From a virus (taxonomy: Duplodnaviria; Caudoviricetes), in the IMG/VR virus record IMGVR_UViG_3300038317_000237, positions 1 to 35,308 of that record: a stretch of 35,308 nucleotides of DNA; one strand, written 5' to 3'. Numbering within the stretch: the first letter of the stretch is position 1; the number at the start of each line of letters is the position of its first letter. The notes under the pieces are model-generated. The model did no database searches and was not told the origin of the DNA. It saw nothing but the letters and a program-made list of their open reading frames with translations. The position numbers were made by a program, and so were the translations under genes. Of the stretch, positions 1 through 10,854 are shown piece after piece.

Positions 1-150
1 CCTTTGCTGTTTTGGTCTCAACTTAACTGTACAGCAGGTTTTTCCTATTCGCTACTTTTTTATTATCTTTTTGTAACACATCAATTGTAATCCTACAATA
101 AAGGATACCATTTCATGATTCTTTGACGGTTTCTTGACTTGGTGCTTTCT

Positions 151-228
151 GAATCCCTGGGTTGCAGCCTGGGGATTCTTCTTTTTTTTGTCCACTTTAT
201 GGTTGCAGCCATTAGGTGGATTTTTTTA
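151..228 (+). terminator. Two tandem hairpins with GGTTGCAGCC apex, each followed by a T-tract
   Basis: GAATCCCTGG-GTTGCAG-CCTGGGGATTC (151-178) and TCCACTTTATGG-TTGCAG-CCATTAGGTGGA (191-220), each followed by T7-8. Confidence 0.6.
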
Positions 229-714
229 TTAGATATACTTACTTAATTCATAATCAATAGCGTGTTTGATATTCTTGTTCAATTCTAAAAACTGTTCCTG
301 CGTTAAAATAATTGAAGTTTCGCCTTTTCTAATACAAGGTACTCGTCTTTCGATTTTGGGTAGTTGAATCTTACCATCTGCATCATAATTTGAATACTGG
401 ACTTCTTTTAATGCTCCATTTTCTAATTGTGCATGCACATATTCAAATCCATAACCAATTGACAGAAGATATTTAGACAGCAGAATTAATTCATCATCTT
501 TTACGAAATCATACCCTGCTAACCAATAAGGATTAACTTGCAATTTTTCAGCTAATTCAACAGCTAAATCAAATTTTGGTATTCTCTGCCCTAATTCATA
601 TCGGTTTAATGTTTGAGCAGGTATTCTCACCAATTTTGAGAATTCTTCAAGGGTCAAGTTTTTCCTTGTACGAATTTCCTTCAACCTGCTGCCAAATGAA
701 GATTTTAATTCCAA
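229..714 (-). CDS. XRE/CI-like HTH master repressor (Stl-like)
   Basis: FGSRLKEIR..LTLEEFSKLV..TLNRYELGQRIP HTH; likely TTG start at 714 after AGAAAGGGGG RBS; divergent from cro. Confidence 0.85.
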   Translation of the reverse strand: MELKSSFGSRLKEIRTRKNLTLEEFSKLVRIPAQTLNRYELGQRIPKFDLAVELAEKLQVNPYWLAGYDFVKDDELILLSKYLLSIGYGFEYVHAQLENGALKEVQYSNYDADGKIQLPKIERRVPCIRKGETSIILTQEQFLELNKNIKHAIDYELSKYI

Positions 715-755
715 ATACAGTACCCCCTTTCTATGAAGTAAATGATAACACACTT

Positions 756-842
756 TATCACCAAATGCAATAAAAAATATTAATTTGTGGTTGACTTTAA
801 CGCAGTTCGGTGATAGTATATGTTTAACACCAAATGGTGATA
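756..842. promoter_or_regulatory. Genetic switch: rightward promoter and TATCACC-N4-GGTGATA-type operators
   Basis: TTGACT(791-796)-17-TAGTAT(814-819); operator-like 18-mers at 756-773, 798-815 and 825-842, plus a perfect copy at 1067-1084. Confidence 0.7.
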
Positions 843-861
843 GAAGAAAGGAGTGTATTAA

Positions 862-1161
862 ATGATTGATACCAAAGCATTAAGAGGAGCGATTTATAAA
901 GCTTATAAATCACAATCCCAATTATCAGATGATATTGGATGGGCAAAAAATAAAATAGGTAGAATACTTAATGGTACAAGCATCCCTTCTATTGAAGACT
1001 GCCATGTTCTGATGGACAAGCTAAATCTTTCAGATAGGGAATACAAACAAATTTTTTTACCCTCGTTATCACCAAATGGTGATATGCGTGTGATGGATGC
1101 TGCAACATCCTATGAAAATATTAGGGATTCAGAAAGCGAAATAAACCAAAGAAGGGAGTAA
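862..1161 (+). CDS. Cro-like HTH regulator
   Basis: SQSQLSDDIGWAKNKIGRILNG HTH; AAAGGAG RBS; divergent from repressor. Confidence 0.8.
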   Translation: MIDTKALRGAIYKAYKSQSQLSDDIGWAKNKIGRILNGTSIPSIEDCHVLMDKLNLSDREYKQIFLPSLSPNGDMRVMDAATSYENIRDSESEINQRRE

Positions 1162-1169
1162 TCAAAATT

Positions 1170-1367
1170 ATGATTGGTGTGCAAAAGGCAACAAAGGCAG
1201 AAGCCAAATTCCTATGTGCTGATGATGTAGCTGCTATTTTGCAGGTAAGTCAAACAACAGCTTATAGAATTATAAGAAGGTTGAATACACAGTTACAGCA
1301 GCAAGGGAAAATTACAACAGCAGGAAAGGTTTCAAGACGATATTTTGAAGAAAAGGTGTATCTGTAA
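1170..1367 (+). CDS. Excisionase-like winged-HTH protein
   Basis: DDVAAILQVSQTTAYRIIRRLN..GKVSRRYF; clearly similar to 21760-21954, which lies next to an integrase. Confidence 0.75.
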   Translation: MIGVQKATKAEAKFLCADDVAAILQVSQTTAYRIIRRLNTQLQQQGKITTAGKVSRRYFEEKVYL

Positions 1368-1400
1368 TATGTTCAATTTATTTAAAGGTGGTGATAAAAC

Positions 1401-3370
1401 ATGATAGATGGTATTTGTACCGCTGTTGGCAAGCACCCAAATCAAAAGGAAGCAGACAGAACATATTATCAAAGTACAATTCCTGGATGGTCAGGGGATG
1501 AATGTGCAAGGCTAAAGCTTGGTTTTGTCAAGGTGGATTTTGATGACATTGACAAGAAGACTGGTGAACTGGTTGAACCTGTTAGGGCAATCCCAAGAAG
1601 TGAAGCTGTAAAGCAGATGTTAGATTCCTTGGGAATGAAATACAACCTTATGGTTACAGAGCATGGAAAACACTTTTACTTCAAAATTCCTGAATCAGCT
1701 ATTGATGCCAATAAGATTAACTGGTATTCCCCTATTGGAATCAAGGCAGAATGGAAGCTTGGGGGTGGTCAATCAAAAGAGCATATTCCATATAAAGTGA
1801 ATGGTGTGCTTCGTTCCTGGGCAAAAGGATGCCTTATAAATGAAGATATTGATTATCTTCCAGTATGGCTATACCCCTTGCAGAAATCGTTGAAAAGACC
1901 CTTTGACTTAGAAATTGTTTCAGGTGATAGAAATAACGGATTTTCAAAGTATGCTTTTCATTTGGCTCAAAAAGGATATTCAGCAGAAGATTCCATCAAG
2001 ATTATTAAACTGATGAATGCCCATGTTCTTGAATACCCTTTGACAGACAATGAAATTGAAGTGCTGCTTCGACCTGAAACATAAACAAGCTGAAAGGAAT
2101 TGAAGACCAACAGACTGAAAAAAATTTATCTCATGTTACAGCAGGTGAAGAAGTTATTGAAGAATTTGATGTGATAACTGTAAATGATAATTTCTACACT
2201 TATGATTCAGGGGTGTACAATCCCTTATCAAAAGAAAAGATAAAGTCTTTTATAGTCAGGCAGCACCCTACTGCAAAAATCAATTTTAGGAATGAAGTGC
2301 TTGAATTTGTAAAAGGACAAACTTACAGAGAGTTGGATAACATCCGCACAGATTTAATCAATGTGAAGAATGGAATGTTACGTATTGAAGGTGACACAGC
2401 TAAACGGATTCCACATTCAAAGGATATAGTTCAGTTTACACAATTTAATGCGGAATACAATCCTGATGCTACATATCCACTCTTGGATGACATGCTATTA
2501 AAAGTATTTGATAATAGTTCAGAGCAAATTGAACTTTTTCATCAAATGCTTGGTTACCTCATGATGAACCATGTCAATTATCAAAAATGCTTCTTCATGA
2601 TTGGCTTGCCCAGTTCAGGAAAGTCAACTGTAATAAATATGATAATCTGCTTCTGTGGCAAAGAGAACGTTTCAAGCATTGACCTTAACGCTTTCAACAA
2701 AAGATTTGCGATATCTGAAATTGTAAACAGGACAGCTAATATTGTGGCAGACCGTCAGAAATACAAAATTGAAACATCAGGTATCTTCAAGAGCCTTGTA
2801 ACTGGGGATGGAATCACTGTTGAAAGGAAATATCAGCAATCATTCACTTATTACAACAGTACAAAGCTAATCTTTGGTATGAATCACTACCCTGATTTTT
2901 CTAATGATTTTGATGGTGTGGAAAGAAGGGTTATCTGTATCCCCTGCAATCATGTGTTCAGTAAAACAGATGCAGACTACAACCCTAATATTGAAAAGGA
3001 CTTATCAACTGACCTATGTATGTCGGCATTGCTGAACAAAGCTATTCAGGGGTATATGAGCCTGGTCAAAAATAAAGGCTTCATCACAACTAAAGAAGCA
3101 GAAGCAGCAACAAAAGAATTTGAAAAGGAAAATGACAATGTGCTTCAATGGATTGAAGAAAGTGAAGATGTGCTTGACCGCTTAGAAAGTGAACCTATCA
3201 AAAATGGGCATGTCGGCTTATATCCTGAATATCAGGCTTTTTGCTTAAACAATGGTGAATCAGCAAAAGCACAAAAGGACTTTTCAAGAATTATTTGCAA
3301 CAAGTATAATCTTGAACCTTATCGAAAAAGGATTGGTGGTGAACGAATTCAATTTTATAGAAAAAAGTAG
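1401..3370 (+). pseudogene. Prim-pol plus D5/SF3 helicase (P4-family primase), split by a -1 frameshift near 2080
   Basis: N-part has VDFDD, GKHFYF and PriCT-like GDRNN..F..A; C-part has GLPSSGKST and FKSLVTGD; downstream frame is open back to 2078. Confidence 0.75.
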
Positions 3371-3371
3371 A

Positions 3372-3495
3372 TTGTCCGTCTGTCCATTTGAAAAGGCTTT
3401 TACAACTATCTTTTTATAGGGAAAAATATTTTTAGAAAAAAAGATAGAAAGTAAAAAGAGTTATTATTTATATATAGATAATGGACAAGAGGACA
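3372..3495. other. Putative replication origin of the satellite
   Basis: TGTCC x2 (3373, 3381) and inverted GGACA x2 (3483, 3491) flank ~90 bp of very AT-rich DNA directly after the helicase. Confidence 0.65.
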
Positions 3496-3598
3496 CCCAC
3501 TTCACTGTTCGCAGTAGTGAAGGGTAATGGTCAGGGGTCAGGCAGTAACTAATAATCATATCAAGACACCAAATACTTAATGAAAGGATGTGAACAGA

Positions 3599-3730
3599 GT
3601 GGAAAAATTAATTGATGCAATCAATGGGTTAGCAGTTTCTATTGATGAATTAGTGTCAGAGATTCAGCAACTTAGAGAATCAACAGAATCTTTGGAAGAA
3701 ACTCTCAAGTCAATGGAATTTACAAACTAA
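3599..3730 (+). CDS. 43-aa acidic coiled-coil peptide (not in ORF track)
   Basis: GAAAGGATG RBS, GTG start; MEKLIDAINGLAVSIDELVSEIQQLRESTESLEETLKSMEFTN. Confidence 0.65.
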   Translation: MEKLIDAINGLAVSIDELVSEIQQLRESTESLEETLKSMEFTN

Positions 3731-3741
3731 GAAAGATTAAG

Positions 3742-4239
3742 GTGAATCAGATGTTGAAATTTATAGGTAGAGGGCAGAGAATTGACAGCAAGATGAATTA
3801 TATTGTTGATTATATGGACTTGCTTCATGGTAGAGATAAAATTGACACAGCACTAATGCTATCAGAAAAAATTTCACAGTCATCAAGTAAAAAGGCATTA
3901 GAAAAAGTGCTAGATGATTTTATTGAAGATATGGGTTACATAACCGTAGGTTTTCACAATGTAGGCAAGCTTAAGCTTCATCATGTGGTAAAGATGGAAC
4001 TTGCACTTGACAGGAAAGGTGATCCTGTAATGCAGATATGTGATTCCAATACTGGTTCATTGATATTTTATGAGTTTCCATTATGCAAGGGCTTTGAAGT
4101 ACACATATGCAATGAATTTTTGAGGTCAATTGATGAAGGCAATGAACTTGATATTTGCTTTCAGACCTATTGCCAATATGGTCAACTTATATGGAAATGC
4201 TTTGACCTGCTTAAGAGAAATCAAGAAGCCACTGCATAA
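3742..4239 (+). CDS. Hypothetical protein
   Basis: 165-aa ORF co-oriented with the satellite operon; no recognised motif. Confidence 0.65.
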   Translation: MNQMLKFIGRGQRIDSKMNYIVDYMDLLHGRDKIDTALMLSEKISQSSSKKALEKVLDDFIEDMGYITVGFHNVGKLKLHHVVKMELALDRKGDPVMQICDSNTGSLIFYEFPLCKGFEVHICNEFLRSIDEGNELDICFQTYCQYGQLIWKCFDLLKRNQEATA

Positions 4240-4341
4240 GCAAAATTACTTACACAATGGCTTCAAGATGGGACTATCTTATTCGCAATCTGATTTTACC
4301 ATCTTGAAGTTAAAAATTCAAGATTGGATGGTGAAAAATAG

Positions 4342-4647
4342 ATGATAAAAACAGTTGAATTGGTTCGTGAGGTCTTAGCAGAAGAAGCTGCTACACGAAA
4401 CAGTGACCACCTACTATATTATTGGGTGTGTGCGTTTCTCTTAAAAATAAAAGGTATTGATATTGAAGATACTGATTTTGGTGATATATTCATTACACCT
4501 AATGAATATGGACTTCCCCAGTTTGAAACAGTGTCCAAGGCAAGAAGGAAGCTGCAACATGACTTTCCTGAATTGGTTGGCAGTGTGGAAGTGTCCATGC
4601 ACAGAGCAATGAATGAAGATTCCTTCAAAGAGTTTGCAGTGGAATGA
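4342..4647 (+). CDS. Hypothetical phage-type protein
   Basis: 101-aa ORF with GGATGGTG RBS; TRNSD..LY / LPQFETVSKARRKLQ resembles small phage proteins. Confidence 0.7.
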   Translation: MIKTVELVREVLAEEAATRNSDHLLYYWVCAFLLKIKGIDIEDTDFGDIFITPNEYGLPQFETVSKARRKLQHDFPELVGSVEVSMHRAMNEDSFKEFAVE

Positions 4648-5063
4648 CTTGTATTTCAGATATTTGCACATAATGTCACTAAATGTTATGCATTGCACCT
4701 TGTTTGTTATACTCTCATATGGTATGATATATACTAAGGAAACCAATAAGGGAAAGCACTTCTGATGATTCAGGGGTACTTTCCCTTTTGTGTTTCCTAT
4801 CTTAATTTTACTTCATTGTAGTGCAGTGCCTACCTAATGTATTATTAAAATAGGAAAGTGGTAGGAAGCATACGAGACGTGAAAGGGTTATTTGTTCAGA
4901 TTTTTCATGCCCTAAAAATAAGTATTCTGTCATTTCTGCCACCCTAAAAAGGGGTAAAGCTGTTATTGCACATTTGATGCAATACAAGCACCCTTGAGTG
5001 CTCTCTTTAGACAGGGTAAAATTAGTATAGTTAATTTTATAAATAGAAAGGATGGTGAAGATA

Positions 5064-5340
5064 ATGACCAAGAAACAGAAACGATTCGTTGAAGAATATT
5101 TGATTGATTTAAATGCCACACAGGCAGCAATCAGAGCAGGGTATTCCCCTAACAGTGCAAGACAGATTACTGATAAAAACATGTCAAAACATGACATTCA
5201 AGCTGCTATTGATAAGGCTATGGCTGAAAGGTCAAAACGAACTGGTGCAAATCAAGATAGAGTTGTTCAGGAACTTGCAAAGATTGCCTTTGTGAATCCT
5301 GCTGACATCATCAATTTTGATGAAGCAACAGTCAAAGATA
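5064..5340 (+). pseudogene. terS: Terminase small subunit, C-terminally truncated
   Basis: MTKKQKRFVEEYLIDLNATQAAIRAGYS signature; similarity ends near 5340, where unrelated P/Q-rich sequence begins. Confidence 0.85.
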
Positions 5341-5535
5341 CCGCTTCAACAACATCCGCGCCGGCACAAAGTTATCCGCAGTACGTACAACAGCAACCAA
5401 CACCCGATATGCCGCAAGGGTTACCCGCAGGCGCCACAACAACAGCCTGTGTATGCACAACAGCCCAGGGAAATGAACACACCCATGAGTTATTCCGCTG
5501 TTGACCCAATTACCGGGCAACCGATTGTAAGGTAA
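5341..5535 (+). pseudogene. C-terminal tail of a phage ssDNA-binding protein (DUF2815-like)
   Basis: P/Q/Y-rich tail ending VDPITGQPIVR directly before phage polA; +1 shift at GGG 5418-5420. Confidence 0.55.
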
Positions 5536-5540
5536 GTAAA

Positions 5541-7524
5541 ATGTTACATCATCTTAATATAGACATTGAAACTTATTCATCTGTACCAATAGCAAAGGCG
5601 GGACTGTACAAATACGTGCAGCCCCCCGATTTTCAAATACTACTATTCGGTTATTCACTTGACGGCGCACCGCCGACAGTCATTGATATGGCACAGGGCG
5701 AAAAAATACCGTGCAATATATTCTATATGCTTGACGACGACAACTATATAAAACACGCATATAAAGCCGCTTTTGAATGGTATTGTCTAAACAAATTTTG
5801 GTTTTGTTCCATTGAGCAATGGCGCGATACCATGCTTCACGGGCTTTACTGCGGATACACCGCAGGGCTTGATGCAACAGGTAAGGCTTTGGGGCTGCCG
5901 CAGGAAAAGCAAAAACTTGCAACAGGTAAGGCATTAATCAGAACTTTCTGTGTTCCGTGTAAACCAACGGCACGAAACGGCGGAAGAACCCGAACACTTC
6001 CACATCATGAACCTGAAAAATGGGAACTGTTTAAGAAATATAACGCACAGGACGTTGTTACTGAACAAGAAATTGAACGCAGGCTTTCACCGTTTCCGGT
6101 TCCCGACGAAGTTCAGCATCAGTGGGAAACTGATTTGAAAATCAATGCCCGAGGCGTATCCGTTGACCTTGACTTAATTAATGGAGCGATTAGCTGTTCC
6201 GATACGGTAACATCCGAATTGACGGATGAAGCAGTTAAGTTAACAGGACTTGAAAATCCAAACAGTGTGGCACAGTTAAAGGGTTGGCTTGAAGAGGAAA
6301 CGGTGAAAGAAATTAAATCTTTGAACAAAGAAACCGTATCAAATTTACTCAATGAAGTTGATAATAAAAAAACCCGACGTGTGCTTAAAATACGGCAGAA
6401 ATTAGGAAAAACAAGCGTTAAAAAATATACTGCAATGGACGATGCCGTCGGTGATGATGACCGTGTCCGCGGATTGCTTCAATTTTATGGGGCTAACCGC
6501 ACAGGACGCTGGGCGGGTCGAATTATACAGCCACAGAACCCTGCCACGTACGTATCTTCAAGGAAAAATGCTTGACTACGCGCGTGAACTGGTAAAAGAG
6601 AAAAAGATTGAAAACATTAAACTGATTTACGGAGGCGTACCCGATACACTATCGCAATTAATACGAACCGCGTTGATACCCGCAAAAGAACATGTGTTTG
6701 TTGATGCGGACTTTTCCGCCATTGAAGCACGAGTTATAGCTTGGCTTGCGGGTGAAGAATGGGTACTTAATGTATTCAGAACGCACGGCAAAATATATGA
6801 AGCCTGCGCATCACAAATGTTCGGTGTACCGATTGAAAAAATCACAAAGGGACAACCTGAGTATGCACTACGACAAAAAGGAAAGGTCGCAACTCTTGCA
6901 CTCGGATATCAAGGCGCATCGGGCGCATTAATTAATATGGGAGCATTAAAGCAGGGGCTTACCGAAGAAGAACTCCCCGATATTGTGCGCCGCTGGCGTG
7001 ACAGCAATAAGAGAATTACCGCCCTTTGGTATGCCGTTGAAAATGCCGCAATATCTGTTGTAAAAACGGGAAGACCCACAGGCGTTCGCGGATTGATGTT
7101 TGCACTTGAGGGCGACCACGCAACAGACCAATACTTCTTGACTATAACCCTACCGTCGGGGCGTAAACTCTTTTATGCTAAACCTTTTCTTTCACCAAAC
7201 AAATGGGGAAAAGACAGTATCCACTATTATGGTATGAACCAAACAAGTAAGAAATGGGAAGTATTGGACACTTATGGCGGCAAGCTCGTTGAGAACTGCG
7301 TGCAAGCTATCGCCCGTGACTGTTTGGCTGTAAACATTGAACGGCTTGAAAATGCGGGCTACCCCGTTGTGTTTCATGTACATGATGAGGTAGTAATTGA
7401 TTGTCCAAAAGAAAAAGCAGACCTCGTCAAAGTCTGCTTTATAATGGGACAACCGATAAACTGGGCGCCCGGGCTTCCGCTTAAAGCGGACGGCTGGATC
7501 GGGGATTATTATACTAAGGATTAA
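5541..7524 (+). pseudogene. Phage family A DNA polymerase, +1 frameshift near 6540
   Basis: DIET exonuclease motif, RTGRWAG, ADFSAIEARV, KVATLALGY, HVHDE; QNLPR is restored by removing one C at 6539-6541. Confidence 0.9.
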
Positions 7525-8091
7525 TTTTTAGCACCAATATCTTTTCTCATAAATTGTATTAATTCATTTACTTGTTTAACAACTTCTGAGGCTTCCTTTT
7601 CAGTGAATACTTTTGGGTATTTAGGACCTATTTCGGATAAAACATGGGCATACTTTTTAGGTATTTTCATACTCAAATCTCCATTTGATTTCTCTACACA
7701 TTTGTTTATAATATACGCTTCTAATATCGCATTTTTTTCTTCTTCTTCATCATCCATAGACTCTGCCTTACAACCAACAGAATACTTAATATAATCCAAC
7801 ACGTATTCGAGCTCATTAAGAAATTTTTTGGACAAAAATAGGTTACGTTTTCCGGCGTCATTTTTTATAAGCCCATCCATGTTATTTAATGCTTTTTGGA
7901 TATTTTTTGCATCCTCATTGTCTAATCGGGTTGGATTAATTTTTTGTAAATAATTTAAACTATTTTGTAAACCTATATATTTTTTTTTTGCGTTCAATCC
8001 AATTACATTCTTCTTTTTTTACGTTCTTTTCAATAACATCCGATATAAGTTTTAAAAAAACTGGTATACAGCTTAGGGATTCTCCGTTCAT
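7521..8091 (-). pseudogene. AT-rich moron, ~189-aa hypothetical protein interrupted at an A10 tract
   Basis: GGAGGAG RBS and ATG at 8091; A9 instead of A10 at 7980-7989 joins it to the 158-aa ORF. Confidence 0.6.
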
Positions 8092-8120
8092 AATAAACAT
8101 CTCCTCCCACATTTTTCCCC

Positions 8121-8149
8121 ATTATACCCCTAATTTTTTATTCTGTAAA
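8121..8149 (-). promoter_or_regulatory. SigA-type promoter of the moron
   Basis: TTTACA-17-TATAAT on the minus strand. Confidence 0.7.
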
Positions 8150-8162
8150 GGAGTGATACTCC

Positions 8163-10614
8163 ATGTTAATTAACGATAGACAAATAACAATAAGCGCCGC
8201 GGGCAGCCGAAAAGCTGCCAAATGGCCGGCGCAGACTTTATATATATCTGAATTATATGACAAACTTCAAGTGCCGACACGCGGTACTGAAACATTAGCC
8301 GAATACCTTAGGCTTAAAAAGTCACAACAGGACAACCTTAAAGACGTCGGCGGCTTTGTAGGAGGTACTTTTCAGGATAACCGCCGAAAAGCAAACTCAG
8401 TAGTTGGACGTGACATTTTAACCCTTGACCTTGACCACATAGAAGCAGGTAAAACTGATGATGTTCTGCGGCGCGTTGACGGTCTTGGCTGTGGTTACTG
8501 TGTCTACTCTACCCGCAAGCACTCGCCCGATGCACCACGTATTAGGGTTATTCTTCCGCTTGACCGTACGGTAACAGTGGACGAATACGAACCAATTGCA
8601 CGTATGGCGGCGAAATTAATCGGTATAGAAATGTGCGACCCGTCAACCTTTGAAGCGTCAAGGCTAATGTACTGGCCGTCATGCTGTGCAGACAGCCAAT
8701 ATGTTTACAGGCATGGTGATAAGCCGTTTTTAAGTGCTGACGGAATGTTGGGGTTGTATCCAAATTGGCAGGATTATAACTCATGGCCGCAGGTGCCGGG
8801 AACACAGGACGTACATACACGCCTTGCAAAAAAAGCAGGGCGACCCGATGCATAAAAAAGGCGTTGTCGGAGCATTCTGCCGTACATACAACATCTATTC
8901 TGCTATGGACAAATTTTTACCTGGAATATATGAACCGGTTGACAATAGCAGTGACCGCTATACTTTTACAGGCGGAAGTACAACGGGCGGCGCTGTGATA
9001 TATGAAAACGGAAACTTTTTGTTTTCACATCATGCCACGGACCCCGCAGGAGGTAAACTCTGCAATGCCTTTGACCTTGTTAGATATCATTTATTTGCTG
9101 ACAAGGATGATGAAGCTAAACCTGAAACGCCTGTAAATAAATTACCGTCATACATATCAATGTGCAAACTTGCTGTAAAAGATGAAAATGTCGCGGCTCT
9201 CCTTAATAAAGAGCGGTACGAAACAGCTACACAAGAGTTTGCGGGTGTCAAGCCGAATAATGATGATGAACCCGAAAACTGGATGTCAAAATTGCAAGTT
9301 AATTCTCAAACAGGTGCAGTTTCAAAAACCGCAGACAATATATTAATCATACTTGAAAACGACCCATTATTAAAAGGGCACGTCCTCTATGATGAATTTG
9401 CTAAAAAAGGTGTAGTTGCTGATACGCTTCCCTGGGATTTAACACACCCCGGGCGGCGGTTTTGGAACGACAACGACGATAAGGGGGCGCGCTGGTACAT
9501 GGAAAAAATATATAACATAACCGGTAAAGACAAGGTAACAGATGCATTAGGACTCTGCGGAAATAATCACTCTTTCAATGAAGTAAAGGATTACCTTGCC
9601 GGTTTATCGTGGGACGGTGTGCCGCGGCTTGACCAATTGTTTATCGATTATTTAGGTGCTGCTGATACGGAATATGTAAAAGCTGTTACCCGTAAATCAT
9701 TCACTGCAGCTGTTGCAAGAGTATTTGATGCAGGCTGTAAATATGATACCATGCCGATTTTAACAGGACCGCAGGGGCTCGGTAAATCAACTCTGCTTAA
9801 TAAAATGGGCGGAAAATGGTTCACCGACGGACTAAAGACTTTTGAGGGTAAAGAAGCCTGCGAATTAATTCAAGGTGTTTGGATAGTAGAAATCAGCGAA
9901 CTTGAAGCATTCAACAAGTCGGAAGTGGGCAGAATAAAGCAGTTTCTAAGTCAAAGGATAGACCGCTTTAGGGCAGCATACGGGCGACATGTACAGGAAT
10001 GTCCGCGCTGTTGTGTGTTTTTCGGTACGTCCAACAATGGAGAATATCTCCGCGACCCGACAGGCGGCCGCCGTTTTTGGCCTGTTGACCTTGCAGTGCA
10101 GAAACCAATAAAGAGTGTCTTTAAGGACCTTGATAACGAAATAGACCAACTGTGGGCTGAAGCCTTGGCGCGCTGGAAGTTAGGCGAACCTTTATATCTT
10201 TCGGGTGAACTGGAAAAAGCCGCAAGGGAAGAACAGGAGAACCACAGGGAACACTCTCCACGTGAAGGAGTTATTCGTGATTTTATAAAGCATAAAGTGC
10301 CTATTGACTGGAGCAAGTGGCCGCTTGAACGGCGCCGAATGTTTTGGGCGGGCGGTATAGCTGATAAAAAAGATACTGATCTTGTACCGCGCGACCGCGT
10401 ATGTGCTTTGGAAATATGGTGTGAAGCGTTTAACGGTGATCCTAAGTATATGAAATATCAAGATACTAAAGAAATCAATGAAATCCTTTCTATGGCAAGT
10501 GGTTGGAAAAGACAAAAAACGCCGAGAAAATTTGGATATTGCGGTTCGCAGAGAGGATTCGAAAAAGACAATAAAAACGACTACATTCAACCAACTACAT
10601 TTAAAAATATGTAG
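8163..10614 (+). pseudogene. Phage primase/helicase with VirE (VapE) domain, +1 frameshift at A7 8828-8834
   Basis: LKDVGGFVGG, LDLD, YSTRKH in the N-part; GPQGLGKST, FFGTSN, GGRRFWP in the C-part. Confidence 0.9.
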
Positions 10615-10826
10615 CTACCTCAAACTACATTGGCTACATAAGAACTACATTGAATGTAGTTCAAAGTTACCGCATACACACTGGATTATATGGATAAAAC
10701 TACATTTACTACATTTATCTTAATATTAATGTTTAAATAGGGGAATTAGGTAATATACGTATATACCTAATACGCCTAATGCGCCTGTTTATATAGTATA
10801 TATAGGAAACACATAGCAAATGTAGC
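10580..10826. repeat. CTACAT iteron cluster, putative prophage replication origin
   Basis: About 7 direct CTACAT and 3 inverted ATGTAG copies plus AT-rich TATATA tracts after the primase gene. Confidence 0.7.
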
Positions 10827-10854
10827 ACAATTAATTGAAAGGCGTAATAAGACA

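Larger units (their letters stand above)
1..5340. mobile_element. PICI/phage-satellite-like element, right end deleted; integrase expected left of window
   Basis: Divergent repressor/cro, xis-like gene, prim-pol plus D5 helicase, iteron ori, small ORFs and terS, with no structural genes: classic PICI gene order. Confidence 0.7.

Noticed and set aside
5052-5504. 150-aa ORF as an intact TerS
   Set aside because: C-terminal third is unrelated sequence from a deletion junction plus a frameshift
6530-8840. Programmed ribosomal frameshifting in polA or primase
   Set aside because: No convincing signals; these families are normally continuous and similar +1 shifts recur across the fragment
10580-10720. 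CRISPR-like array
   Set aside because: Repeats are only 6-9 bp, irregularly spaced and in both orientations; no cas genes
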